DNA of 35,047 bases, taken from NCBI GenBank assembly GCA_002269645.1, contig NIVC01004785.1, positions 1 through 35,047 on the forward strand, in the 5' to 3' direction. This DNA comes from Macrostomum lignano. Taxonomy: Eukaryota. Below are positions 10,861-21,457 of this stretch, in pieces; the first letter of the stretch is position 1; each line of letters starts with the position of its first letter. The translations under genes were made by a program, and so were the position numbers. Below the pieces are notes generated by a model. The model was not told where the DNA came from. It saw only the letters and a program-made list of their open reading frames with translations, and made no database searches.

Positions 10861-11724
10861 TTGATTTACACTGGCCATGCGACTTACTTTTTTACCAAAA
10901 AATGTGACTCACCTATGAAAGAAACCCAAAATAAAAATTGACACAGTTTTAGATAAATGGCAAGAGTAACCATGACTATCTTATATTAAGGCTATATCCC
11001 TTTTGGTAGGCATTTTTGTTTTTAAAAAACTAATATAAGTTATAGAAAAAAGGTAAATTTTCTTATACAATATTTTTCCTTCTTTATACTTTATCATTAA
11101 GCTAAACTAAAGGCAAAGCTGACTTTAAAGGTATTTTTTCAAAGGGTTTGGCTTAGGCCTACTTTTAGATTTATTAATAACAATAGATAAGAGATCAAAA
11201 AGTTAAAAATAATATTTTGGGCAAAGAAATTGGTTAAGTAAAATAGTGGAAATCTTTTACTTTACTGTGGTAAAGTGTTTGGGAACTTTTTGTATTGAGT
11301 AAGGCATTACTATTGACGAAACTCTAATGACTAATGACTTTGTATTTTACTATTTTTTATTTGAAAATAATTTAATGCAGTAAAGTAAATTAATAAAAGA
11401 TTTCCAAAAAAGTTATTTTGCCAAAAAAGGTATACCTAATAAAAAAACTAAAATTTTCAAGCAAAGATGATCACAGCAGTGCCTAATTCTAATTAATAGG
11501 CCTAAAGGGCAAATATACTTGTATTACAAAAATGTTGAAAATTAAGGATACAAAAAGAATAAAAGTTTTGTAACTTTTTATTAGGCCTACTTGGTAACTT
11601 GTCCAATTTTCAAAAGTAAGGATAATGAATAATGTGTCTTATATTATAATTCAGACAAATGGGACATATTGAATCGACTAAACTAGGCTAGGCCCCTAAA
11701 TATTAAAAATCTAATATACTAAAA

Positions 11725-11830
11725 ATGGTCTGTTGGTATGTGTGTGATCGATTTTAGCAAAAACGGCTCAACCGATTTTATTCGAACTTGCACCATTCGA
11801 TCAGAAATTTTTCCGTGACGGTACATGCAT
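11725..11830 (+). mobile_element. Possible Helentron-associated (HINE/DINE-1-like) fragment
   Basis: GTCTGTTGGTATGTGTGTG followed by AAAACGGCTCAACCGATTTT...AACTT resembles the microsatellite-plus-core layout of such elements; recognised by recall only. Confidence 0.3.
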
Positions 11831-12241
11831 CGTGGCTAAGAAATTGCTCGATGCTAAAGGGATTAAATATTCGAAAAACATGCTTTTTTTGCAAAGGTCA
11901 AGCAGCTATTTCGACTTGAAACGCACTGTAAAAATGCTAGAGAAAAAACTGACTGGTTGAATTCTGATTCGGAAATAGATTGCATCACAATACACTTTAT
12001 TTATCGTCTGTGTACTGGCTGAATTTGACACTCAATTGAATTGCGTCACAGCTTTGAGTGTGAAAGTATAGTGCAGTACTGAATTTATATTACGTAACCA
12101 TATTGTTAGCTTTCATAGACACTGGTACTGACTTGCCTAAGAAATTGATTATGTCATAACTGCTTCGCGTGACTTTTTACTCTACCTGACTTGGTGTGAG
12201 TGTTGAATTATATAAGTGGTACAAATTCACTGATAACTTCG

Positions 12242-12303
12242 ATGAGAGCCAGCCTAGAGCTGAGCAGACCAGACTACTAATGCAGCGACCTGGGTTCGAA
12301 TCT
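12242..12303 (+). mobile_element. tRNA-derived SINE head, family C, copy 1
   Basis: A-box-like AGCCTAGAG and B-box GGGTTCGAATC; aligns with 13706-13768. No cloverleaf acceptor stem, so not called a tRNA. Confidence 0.6.
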
Positions 12304-12376
12304 AAGTAGTTTAAAAGTAGTAGTGTAAAATTTTTTATTAAAAGCTTTTATTAAAGGACTAAATAAAAACACTTAG

Positions 12377-13368
12377 ATTACTGCACTCGATAAGCTAAGG
12401 ATTATTGCTCTTGGCAAACCAAGGAATACTGCACTCGATAAGCCAAGGATTATTGCTATTAATAAACCAAGGATTACTGCACTCAATAAACCAAGGACTA
12501 TTGCTATTAATAAACCAAGGATTACTGCACTCAATAAACCAAGGACTATTGCTCTTGGCAAACCAAGGATTACTGCACTCGATAAGCCATGGATTATTGC
12601 TATTAATAAACCAAGGATTACTGCACTCGATAAGCCAAGGATTATTGCTATTAATAAACCAAGGATTACTGCACTCGATAAACCAAGGATTATTGCTATT
12701 AATAAACCAAGGATTATGCACTTGGCAAACCAAGGATTACTGCACTCGATAAGCCAAGGATTATTGCTATTAATAAACCAAGGATTACTGCACTCAATAA
12801 ACCAAGGACTATTGCTATTAATAAACCAAGGATTACTGCACTCGATAAGCCAAGGATTATTGCTATTAATAAACCAAGGATTACTGCACTCGATAAGCCA
12901 AGGATTATTGCTATTAATAAACCAAGGATTACTGCACTCGATAAGCCAAGGATTATTGCTATTAATAAACCAAGGATTACTGCACTCGATAAGGCATGGA
13001 TTATTGCTATTAATAAACCAAGGATTACTGCACTCGATAAGCCAAGGATTATTGCTATTAATAAACCAAGGATTACTGCACTCGATAAGCCAAGGATTAT
13101 TGCTATTAATAAACCATGAATTACTGCACTCGATAAGCCAAGGATTATTGCTATTAATAAACCAAGGATTACTGCACTCGATAAGCCAAGGATTATTGCT
13201 ATTAATAAACCAAGGATTACTGCACTCATAAGCCATGGATTATTGCTATTAATAAACCAAGGATTACTTACTGCACTTGGCAAACCAAGAATTACTGCAC
13301 TCGATAAGCCATGGATTATTGCTATTAATAAACCAAGGATTACTGCACTCGATAGCCAAGGATTACTG
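12377..13368. repeat. 48-bp minisatellite made of two diverged 24-bp monomers (GATTACTGCACTCGATAAGCCAAG / GATTATTGCTATTAATAAACCAAG)
   Basis: About 20 dimers; unit length is a multiple of 3, which produces the repetitive ORFs at 12373-13283. Confidence 0.98.
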
Positions 13369-13412
13369 CGCTTGATAAGCTTGGCTACATGTATAGGATT
13401 ATTTCTATCCAG

Positions 13413-13665
13413 GGATGCTTGCTATTTAGGGATTCTTGCTATGTGCAGGATGCTTGCTATCTGGAAGGATGCTTCTACATTATTTGGGGTATGCTTGCTA
13501 TCTGCAAGATGCTTGCTATCTGCAGATGCTTGCTATCTGCAGATGCTTGCTATCTGCAAGATGCTTGCTATCTGCAGATGCTTGCTATCTGCAGATGCTT
13601 GCTATCTGGGTGGATGCTTGCTAGGAGTATTAGGGGATGCTTGCTACTGGGGGGATGCTTGCTGT
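13413..13665. repeat. 17/18-bp minisatellite (GATGCTTGCTATCTGCA)n
   Basis: Near-perfect core at about 13490-13615 with degenerate flanks. Confidence 0.95.
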
Positions 13666-13705
13666 CTTGGGAATATTTTCTATTTAGGGGTAATGACTAA
13701 AATTC

Positions 13706-13768
13706 ATGAGAGCTAGCCTAGAGGTAAACAGACTAAACTGCTAAATGCAGGGACGATGGTTCGAATTT
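13706..13768 (+). mobile_element. tRNA-derived SINE head, family C, copy 2
   Basis: ATGAGAGCTAGCCTAGAGG...AATGCAGGGACGATGGTTCGAAT aligns with 12242-12303. Confidence 0.6.
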
Positions 13769-13821
13769 TTAGAGAGTAGAGTTTTTTTAATTAAAGCTTT
13801 TTAACGCCAAGACAAAAAAAA

Positions 13822-15690
13822 ATTATGGAAGCGTCATGTAAACAATCATACAAGCGTCATGTAAACAATCATAGAAGCGTCATGTAAAAATCATAGAAGC
13901 GTCATGTAAACAATCATAGAAGCGTCATGTTAAAATCATAAAAGCGTCATGTAAACAATCATACAAGCGTCATGTAAAAAAATCATAGAAGCGTCATGTT
14001 AAAATCATAAAAGCGTCATAAAAAAATCATAGAAGCGTCATGCAAACAATCATAGAAGCGTCATGTTAAAATCATACAAGCGTCATAAAAAATCATAGAA
14101 GCGTCATGTAAACAATCATACAAGCGTCATGTAAACAATCATAGAAGCGTCATATAAACAATCATACAAGCGTCATGTAAACAATCATAGAAGCGTCATG
14201 TAAAAAATCATAGAAGCGTCATGTAAACAATCATAGAAGCGTCATGTAAACAATCATAGAAGCGTCATGTAAAAAATCATAGAAGCGTCATGTAAACAAT
14301 CATAGAAGCGTCATGTAAACAATCATAGAAGCGTCATGAAAAAATCATAGAAGCGTCATGTAAAAATCATAGAAGCGTCATGTAAAAATCATAGAAGCGT
14401 CATGTAAACAATCATAGAAGCGTCATGTTAAAATCATAGAAGCGTCATGTAAACAATCATACAAGCGTCATGTAAACAATCATACAAGCGTCATGTAAAC
14501 AATCATAGAAGCGTCATGTTAAAATCATAAAAGCGTCTTAAAAATCATAGAAGCGTCATGTAAACAATCATAGAAGCGTCATGTAAACAATCATAGAAGC
14601 GTCATGTAAACAATCATAGAAGCGTCATATAAAAATCATAGAAGCGACATGAAAAAATCATAGAAGCGTCATGCAAACAATCATAGAAGCGTCATGAAAA
14701 AATCATAGAAGCGTCATGCAAAAATCATAGAAGCGTCATGTAAAAAATCATAGAAGCGTCATGTAAACAATCATACAAGCGTCATGTAAACAATCATAGA
14801 AGCGTCATGTAAACAATCATAAAAGCGTCATGTAAACAATCATAGAAGCGTCATGTAAACAATCATAGAAGCGTCATGCAAACAATCATAGAAGCGTCAT
14901 GAAAAAATCATAGAAGCGTCATGCAAAAATCATAGAAGCGTCATGTAAAAAATCATAGAAGCGTCATGTAAACAATCATACAAGCGTCATGTAAACAATC
15001 ATAGAAGCGTCATGTAAACAATCATAAAAGCGTCATGTAAACAATCATAAAAGCGTCATGTAAACAATCATAGAAGCGTCATGTAAACAATCATAGAAGC
15101 GTCATGAAAAAATCATAGAAGCGTCATGTAAAAATCATAGAAGCGTCATGTAAAAATCATAGAAGCGTCATGTAAACAATCATAGAAGCGTCATGTTAAA
15201 ATCATAGAAGCGTCATGTAAACAATCATACAAGCGTCATGTAAACAATCATACAAGCGTCATGTAAACAATCATAGAAGCGTCATGTTAAAATCATAAAA
15301 GCGTCTTAAAAATCATAGAAGCGTCATGTAAACAATCATAGAAGCGTCATGTAAACAATCATAGAAGCGTCATGTAAACAATCATAGAAGCGTCATATAA
15401 AAATCATAGAAGCGACATGAAAAAATCATAGAAGCGTCATGCAAACAATCATAGAAGCGTCATGAAAAAATCATAGAAGCGTCATGCAAAAATCATAGAA
15501 GCGTCATGTAAAAAATCATAGAAGCGTCATGTAAACAATCATACAAGCGTCATGTAAACAATCATAGAAGCGTCATGTAAACAATCATAAAAGCGTCATG
15601 TAAACAATCATAAAAGCGTCATGTAAACAAGCATAGAAGCGTCATGTTAACATAGAAGCGTCATGAAAAAATCATAGAAGCCTCATATAA
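13822..15690. repeat. About 1.9-kb 23-bp satellite (ATCATAGAAGCGTCATGTAAACA)n, about 80 copies
   Basis: Period 22-24 read directly; rare variants recur at a 768-bp offset; degenerates towards 15780. Confidence 0.98.
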
Positions 15691-15904
15691 AAACTAATGA
15701 AAGTGTGTCATTTAAAAAATTAAGAAGCATCATGGAAGAATAAAAGAAGCGTAACGTAAAAATCAAAAGAAGCGTCATGTCAGACATGTCAGTCATAAAA
15801 ATTAAATGAAGCTATAGTGCTGTGCTGGGGAGAATCACTGAGACTTCAAGGCTCACAGAGAATAACTGAGATTACAGGGGGGTTTCTGAGATGTTAAAGC
15901 AAAA

Positions 15905-16785
15905 GTCAGAAGCTACTTCAAAGTACATGTACTTTACTTAAGTTCTTTTATTGCATTCTTTGTTGGCTTGCCACGGTGGGGGGGGGGCGCTGATAGAAGA
16001 AGAGTCATGTAAAAATAAAAGGAGCACTATGTATACATAAAATAAAAGTCATGTCAAAGTTAAAAGATTTATTTGGGAATTGCTACGATGTCAAAGCTTG
16101 GAGGGAATCGTTATAGTGCTGTGATTCTTAAAGAAGGAATCACTTAAATGCCAAGGCTTAGGGAAGAAGAATTGCTGTGATTTCAAGGCTTTAGGTTGGG
16201 TAAAAGTTAGGTTTACGTCAGGTTTGGGTTGAGGGTTAGATTTTAGCGCGTTTCAAGGTTAACAGGGGATTTTTTAGATTTCAAGGTTTATGGGGGCATC
16301 GCCGACATGTCAAGGCTTACGAGGGGAATCTATCTATCTATCTATCTATAGCTGAGATGTCAAGGCTCACGGGGGAATAAATGAGATGTCAAGGCTAATG
16401 TCAGAAGCTACATGTAGTTTATTGGAAAAAAAGTTATTACATTATTTGTTGGCTCCTCACGGGAGGGATCGCTGATAGAAAAAGCGTAATGTAAAAAAAA
16501 AGAAGCTTCATGTCGAAGTTAAGAGATTCATTTGGGAATCCCTACGATGTCGAGGCTTGCAGGGAATCGCTTTAATGCTGTAGTAGTGCTATAGACTCTT
16601 AGAGAGAATTACTGAGATTTCAATGCTTTAGGGTTAGGGTTAGGGTTAGGGTTAGGGTTAGAAAGTAGACAGATTTTTTAAGATTTCAAGGCTTATGGGA
16701 GCATCGCTGAGATGTCAAGGGGGGAGTTGATATGTTAAGGCTTGTGGGGGGGGATTGCTGACATGTCAAGGCTTACACGGGTACT
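15905..16785. repeat. Diverged direct duplication of a roughly 0.4-0.5 kb unit containing GATGTCAAGGCTT sub-repeats and a telomere-like patch
   Basis: GTCAGAAGCTAC near 15905 and 16400; TTTGTTGGCT...GCTGATAGAA; TTTGGGAAT..CTACGATGTC; GATTTCAA.GCTTTAGG.T are colinear in both copies. Confidence 0.8.
16628..16661 (+). repeat. Interstitial telomeric repeat (TTAGGG)5 + TTAG
   Basis: Five perfect TTAGGG units. Confidence 0.97.
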
Positions 16786-17524
16786 GGTAGCGTACTGAAG
16801 CATACTGGTAGAAGTAGCTCTGAAAGAAGGCAAGTATGGTTGAATTTCAATGTCTGTTATAAAATTCTGCACAAACATGTTTTATTGGTACATAAGCCTG
16901 GAATTAAAATGAGAATTCGATTCCTAGCCCCCCTCCCTAAGAATTTTTTTTCATTTTAAAGGATTCGTCCCTTGCTTATTGGCCACCCCGAAGGGGGGCG
17001 CTAGATTGCTAGTAACATTCAAAAATTGCTGGAGTCCTATTAAAATATAGGACAAAGCTTTATTGCTGTTTGAGTCAGTATGTTTGTATCTATTGCTATT
17101 GAGGCATGTTCTCACAGTCATCAAATATAGGGTGCCTACACATTTTGAGCAAGTAAAATAAAGGAGACTTTTGACTGTTGCCAAAATAAAGGAGATTTAA
17201 TTTGGTAATATAGTATAGGTAATAATAGGTAATATATGATATTAAATATAGACCTAAACATACATAACTTGTTTGTTACATTTATACTTTAACAAACTGT
17301 TTTAACCTGCAGATTTTGAACCCACTGAGTTTTAATCCCTGGAACAATATTTTCAAATCTGAAGTCATACTCCAATAAAACTTGTTAATAGTTAGAATAG
17401 AGGTAAATAAAAAATTAGAGTAAATTTGTCGTAAATTAAGATTTGAGGGTATATTGATCTTCTTGGTTGGTGTTGCCATAGAATGACAGGCAATGTCTGT
17501 CCAAGGCCTGTATAAACAAAATCT

Positions 17525-18245
17525 GGCCTCTTGCTTCTCTGCATCTTTCTATGTCCCTTGGGTGTTCTGAAACTTCTATCTCCTCTTCTGTCTCCTCTTC
17601 TCTCTTTCTCCTATTGTCTCTTCTCTCTTTTTCCCTTTCTCCTGCTCTCTCTAATCTCTTCTCTCATCTTGCTCATCTCCACTTTTTCTCTATTCTTTCC
17701 TCTTTTCCCTCTGCTCTCTTATCTTTCCTCTATTCTCTGCTCTCTCATCTTTACTCTTCTCTCAGCTTTCTTATCTTTCCTCTTTTTCTCTTAGCTCTCT
17801 TATCTTCCTCTTCTCTCAGCTCTCTTATCTTTCTTTTCTTCTCTCAGCTCTCTCATCTTTCCTTTCTTCTCTTAGCTCTCTCATCTTTCCTCTTTTCTCT
17901 CACCTCTCTCATCTTTCCTTTCATCTTTTCCCTCTTCTCTTTTCTTCTTTTATCTATCCCCTTTGCCTATATATCTCCTCTCTTCTCTTTCCCTCCTCTC
18001 TCTTTTCTTAACTCTCTCCCCTATTATCTATTCTCTTTAAATCTCTTTTCTCCCATCTGTTCTCTTCTTTACTCTCTTTTTTCTCCTCTTTTCTCTCTAT
18101 TCTCTTATCTCTTATCTTTCTTTCATCTCATTTCTCTCTTCTCTCTTTTGTCTCTCTTATCTCCTATTCATCTCTACTGTCCTCTCACTTCTCTTTCCTT
18201 ACTCCTTCCCTTCTTCTCTGCCCTCTCTCTTTACCATCCTATCTC
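17525..18245. repeat. About 720-bp polypyrimidine (CT-rich) low-complexity tract
   Basis: Plus strand is almost entirely C/T with scattered A; source of the spurious L/S/F ORFs at 17531-18267. Confidence 0.97.
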
Positions 18246-18251
18246 CTCAGG

Positions 18252-18866
18252 GGCCCTATTGGAATAAATGTTGAAAACCCGCGGACGCACGCTTTAGAAT
18301 AGAGTCAAATTATTTTCCCGCGCTATAGGATAATTAGAGATGTCCCGAAAGAGCAGTTTCCTCGAAATCAAAATTCGTTAACTTTCCAAACTCAAAATTG
18401 AAATTTTCCGAAATCAAAACGCAGAAAAACAAAGTTTAGTATGACCAATACTCACTTTTTACATTCGATTTACTGCTTATGCAAAATGAAATACACGTAG
18501 ATGTAGCAGAAATTACTGATTTTTTAGCGATTTTTGACTTTTCGATTTTAGCTTCCAAATTTTGACTTCTAATTTTATTCGAAATTGAAATTTGCTCTTA
18601 ATAAAAATTCTAATTTTGGAAAATTCAAATTGAAATTTCGGAACATCTCTAAGCTTTATAAATTATAAGTGTATAGGCCCCTTCCACAGAGGTATTAGAT
18701 GACCCCTTTCCATGCATATGTATTTGCTAGAGCAGCAGCCAGCAAGAAAAGGCAGCGCGCGCACGCCGCGCAGGCGCTGCGCGCCTGTGCGCGCGCCGCG
18801 CTTTAGAAAAATTTCAAAAGTGCGCCGGACGCCGTCCGCGGATTTACAACTTTTTCCTATAGGGCT
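18252..18866. mobile_element. MITE-like element with imperfect TIRs of about 35 bp
   Basis: Left GGCCCTATTGGAATAAATGTTGAAAACCCGCGGACG versus reverse complement of the right end AGCCCTATAGGAAAAAGTTGTAAATCCGCGGACG; CAGG on both flanks; exact TSD length ambiguous. Confidence 0.7.
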
Positions 18867-18868
18867 CA

Positions 18869-19217
18869 GGGGGGCCATAGCCCAGCAGTAGCGCAGCTGC
18901 TCTAGTGTGCCAGCAACCCAGGCTTGATTCCAAGTGCATCACATTAATTTGGGGCTGAATTGGAATCTTGGCTTGGCTCTGCTTGTGAAATTAATGGCCT
19001 TGGGAGCCAACCCCCCAAGGTGGAATGAAGTGTATATGCCTAACAATAGTAACAATAATATAAAGTTAGGGAAGCTGTACACTCTTATGTGAGTATGTGC
19101 AATATGCCTGAATTTGTATCCACGCGACTGCGCATTTGTATGCCTATTTTAGGGAGTTGGAGAAATGGGCAATAATGCCTCTCGCCGGTTGTATGCCTAT
19201 GTTGCTTAAAGTGCACC
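18869..19217 (+). mobile_element. tRNA-derived SINE, family A, copy 2, interrupted by a ~105-bp insert
   Basis: GGGGCCATAGCCCAG head; colinear with 1688-1933 except for extra sequence at about 19045-19150. Confidence 0.75.
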
Positions 19218-19401
19218 AGGGTGCACATAACCCCCTTACCATTAATAAAAGGCAACCCTCCTCTTATCTTTTATTTTTTTCTTTTTCTCTCTCTTACCTC
19301 TCTTTTCTTCTTGTCTATTCATTCTTCTTTCCATTCTCATCTATCCTTGCAGCCATTAGCTAGATTCTTTATTTGGCCTTTAAAGTAAAAGTCTGCCAAC
19401 T

Positions 19402-19965
19402 GGCAATGTTGCAGTTTGTTTTGCATATTTATTTTTACTTTTGAATATGTGCCAATGTCATGAACAATCAAACAAGTGAACATTAACAAAACTATAACAT
19501 TGCTCCTTAGTCACTGAATCCTCAAAAGTTGCTCAAGCCTCAAAATAAGTCTCAGAACTCAAATCCTCACAGGGGATAATAATCGGCAATCCAATACAGC
19601 ACTGCACTGAAGACATTGGTAGGGTACATGTGACACCAGAGGAACTCTTCAAGATCACTTTCAAAGAGAGCATAGGATGTGCCATGCATTGATCTGAAAT
19701 TTGTGCTTAGTATATGCCTATGTACCTTTGATTGTGTTTGTATGAACTGTCACATCTTGGGGGTTGACAAAATGCAAACAGTGGTTGATAATAGCATGGT
19801 TCTTCACCTTCACCTCTCACTAAAACTTGCCTTGTTGCCTAAAAATGTCTATGGCCTTTTAGGATGACATGGCATGACAATTTAGCACAAATTTAAACCC
19901 TCCATGACACGTTGGCACATATTCAAAAGTAAAAATAATTATGCAAAACAAACTGCAACATTGCC
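19402..19965. mobile_element. Non-autonomous Mutator-like (MULE) MITE, 564 bp
   Basis: 54-bp TIRs with 1 mismatch (19402-19455 / 19912-19965), ends GG...CC, 9-bp flanking repeats CTGCCAACT / CTGCCAACC. Confidence 0.85.
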
Positions 19966-20173
19966 CTGCCAACCCCTGCTTCAAAAGCCAGTTTTTAGGA
20001 CATAGTATTCTCATGGTTGTTTCATTCTGTGGCCTATTTGTTGACTGCTTTGATCAGGTCATCCTTCTGGCCAATTTGCAACCTTGTGAGAGGAACTTAT
20101 ATATCTCCAACTCCACAGTTCCACATATTTAATATTGTGGCTAACCTAGGAATGGCTAGGATTGATGCTTTAA

Positions 20174-21457
20174 ATAGGGACTTCAGTGAGTTATAAGAAG
20201 TGCGTGCCAATGGCAAAAAAGTAAGAAAAAAGTCTAATTTTTCAAGGGCGATTTTAAAGAAACTATAGAAGCCAGGATGAAAGTAAAATATGCATTTAAA
20301 AGGTAAAAAGGAGCTCTTTCAAATGACACCAACTGCAAGTCTAGCTTTGTTATACTTTTTGCACTGTCTATTTTTAAAGTTGACCATTTTTTAGGAGGAA
20401 TATAAAATTGAAGCCAAAATGAATAAAAAAACAGTGGTTCAGAAAATGCTTTTTCTTAGCTGCAATGTGTTTCTTATAATGGAAACAAAGGTTTTATAGT
20501 GTAAAGGGATAATTTAAAAACATTTTTCTGGTGTTAAAAAAAATTTTTTTTTCTTTTAATGCCCATATGGCTCTATGCAAAATTTCAAATCCAAAATTTT
20601 CCATGAAATCCTTTTCCTGCATTGTTTCTCTTTATATTTTTCATTACCTATTGACAATACAAGCACAGTAAAAAAACCGCTTGCCAATAGCTATAGGCGC
20701 AAAAATTTTGTGGAGGTTTCTTTTTTTGATACGTTTACATGTAAAATACCCATTGAAACGTGTATTTCGTGTTTTTTGTGAGACTCTGCCTTCCGGCAAA
20801 CTAGTTCTCTGTGTCATTTAACTAATTCTGCTATGCTGAACACGATAGGCAAAACCGTTTTTTAATAAACCCATGCGCAAAGCCTGTACAGCACATTACA
20901 TTGCAGTTGGGGTGTCTGTCATGCATTAAAAATTTAGGGCAAGAAGTAGAATAGTATTATAGTAGGTAAAAACCTGAACAAAATGACACTAGCCTTGTAT
21001 AAATTAAGCAAGCAGAACAGATGCTATTGTATTTTTAAAATTGCAATCATTGCGTATCTGGTTAAAATAGTCAAAATTTCATACACCCATCCTGTTTCAA
21101 TTAGCTTAGCAACTTGGGCATATAAAATAATATTAAAATATATAATTCATACAATTAACACTAAAAAACTGAACAAAATGACACCAAGCACAGTCATTTT
21201 GGTTGGCTAGAAAATTAATTACAAGTGTTCAAAGACAAAAAGCCAACTTTTTGGCCAAAAATGATCACAAACCGTAATGTAAAAATTCCATTGGCTAAAG
21301 GCACAAATCGGGGTTACTAAAATAGCTGTAGTTTCCTTATTACTCAACCAAATCACTAAAGTTTGGCCATTTTGGAAATGGGAAAGTAAGATCTATCTAG
21401 TGAAATAGCAGCCTATAACAATTTCTGAAATTTAATTTTCTCACTGAAGTGCCTACT
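20174..21457. mobile_element. Non-autonomous Kolobok-like (TTAA-TSD) element, about 1.3 kb
   Basis: TIR TAGGGACTTCAGTGAG (20175-20190) versus CTCACTGAAGTGCCTA (21440-21455), 15/16 match; TTAA on both flanks (20170-20173, 21458-21461). Superfamily inferred from TTAA plus the A(G)TAGG terminus. Confidence 0.7.

Noticed and set aside
12242-12303. Functional tRNA gene (also 13706-13768 and 1688-1745)
   Set aside because: A/B boxes are present but no complete cloverleaf pairing; repeated with SINE-like context.
12373-13283. Long ORFs (up to 287 aa) with WFINSNNP / LGLLIAII repeats
   Set aside because: They are translations of the 48-bp minisatellite, open in several frames on both strands, with no splice signals or domain.
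13822-15690. CRISPR-like regular repeats here and in the other arrays
   Set aside because: Head-to-tail tandem units without unique spacers, no cas genes, and a eukaryotic intron-containing context.
16983-17004. CTCF-like motif (CCGAAGGGGGGCGCTAG; similar at about 15971-15992)
   Set aside because: Short G-rich match that is common in transposon ends; host CTCF presence is unknown.
17531-18267. 238-aa and 87-aa hydrophobic ORFs resembling membrane proteins
   Set aside because: They arise from the CT-rich tract, which lacks stop codons by composition.
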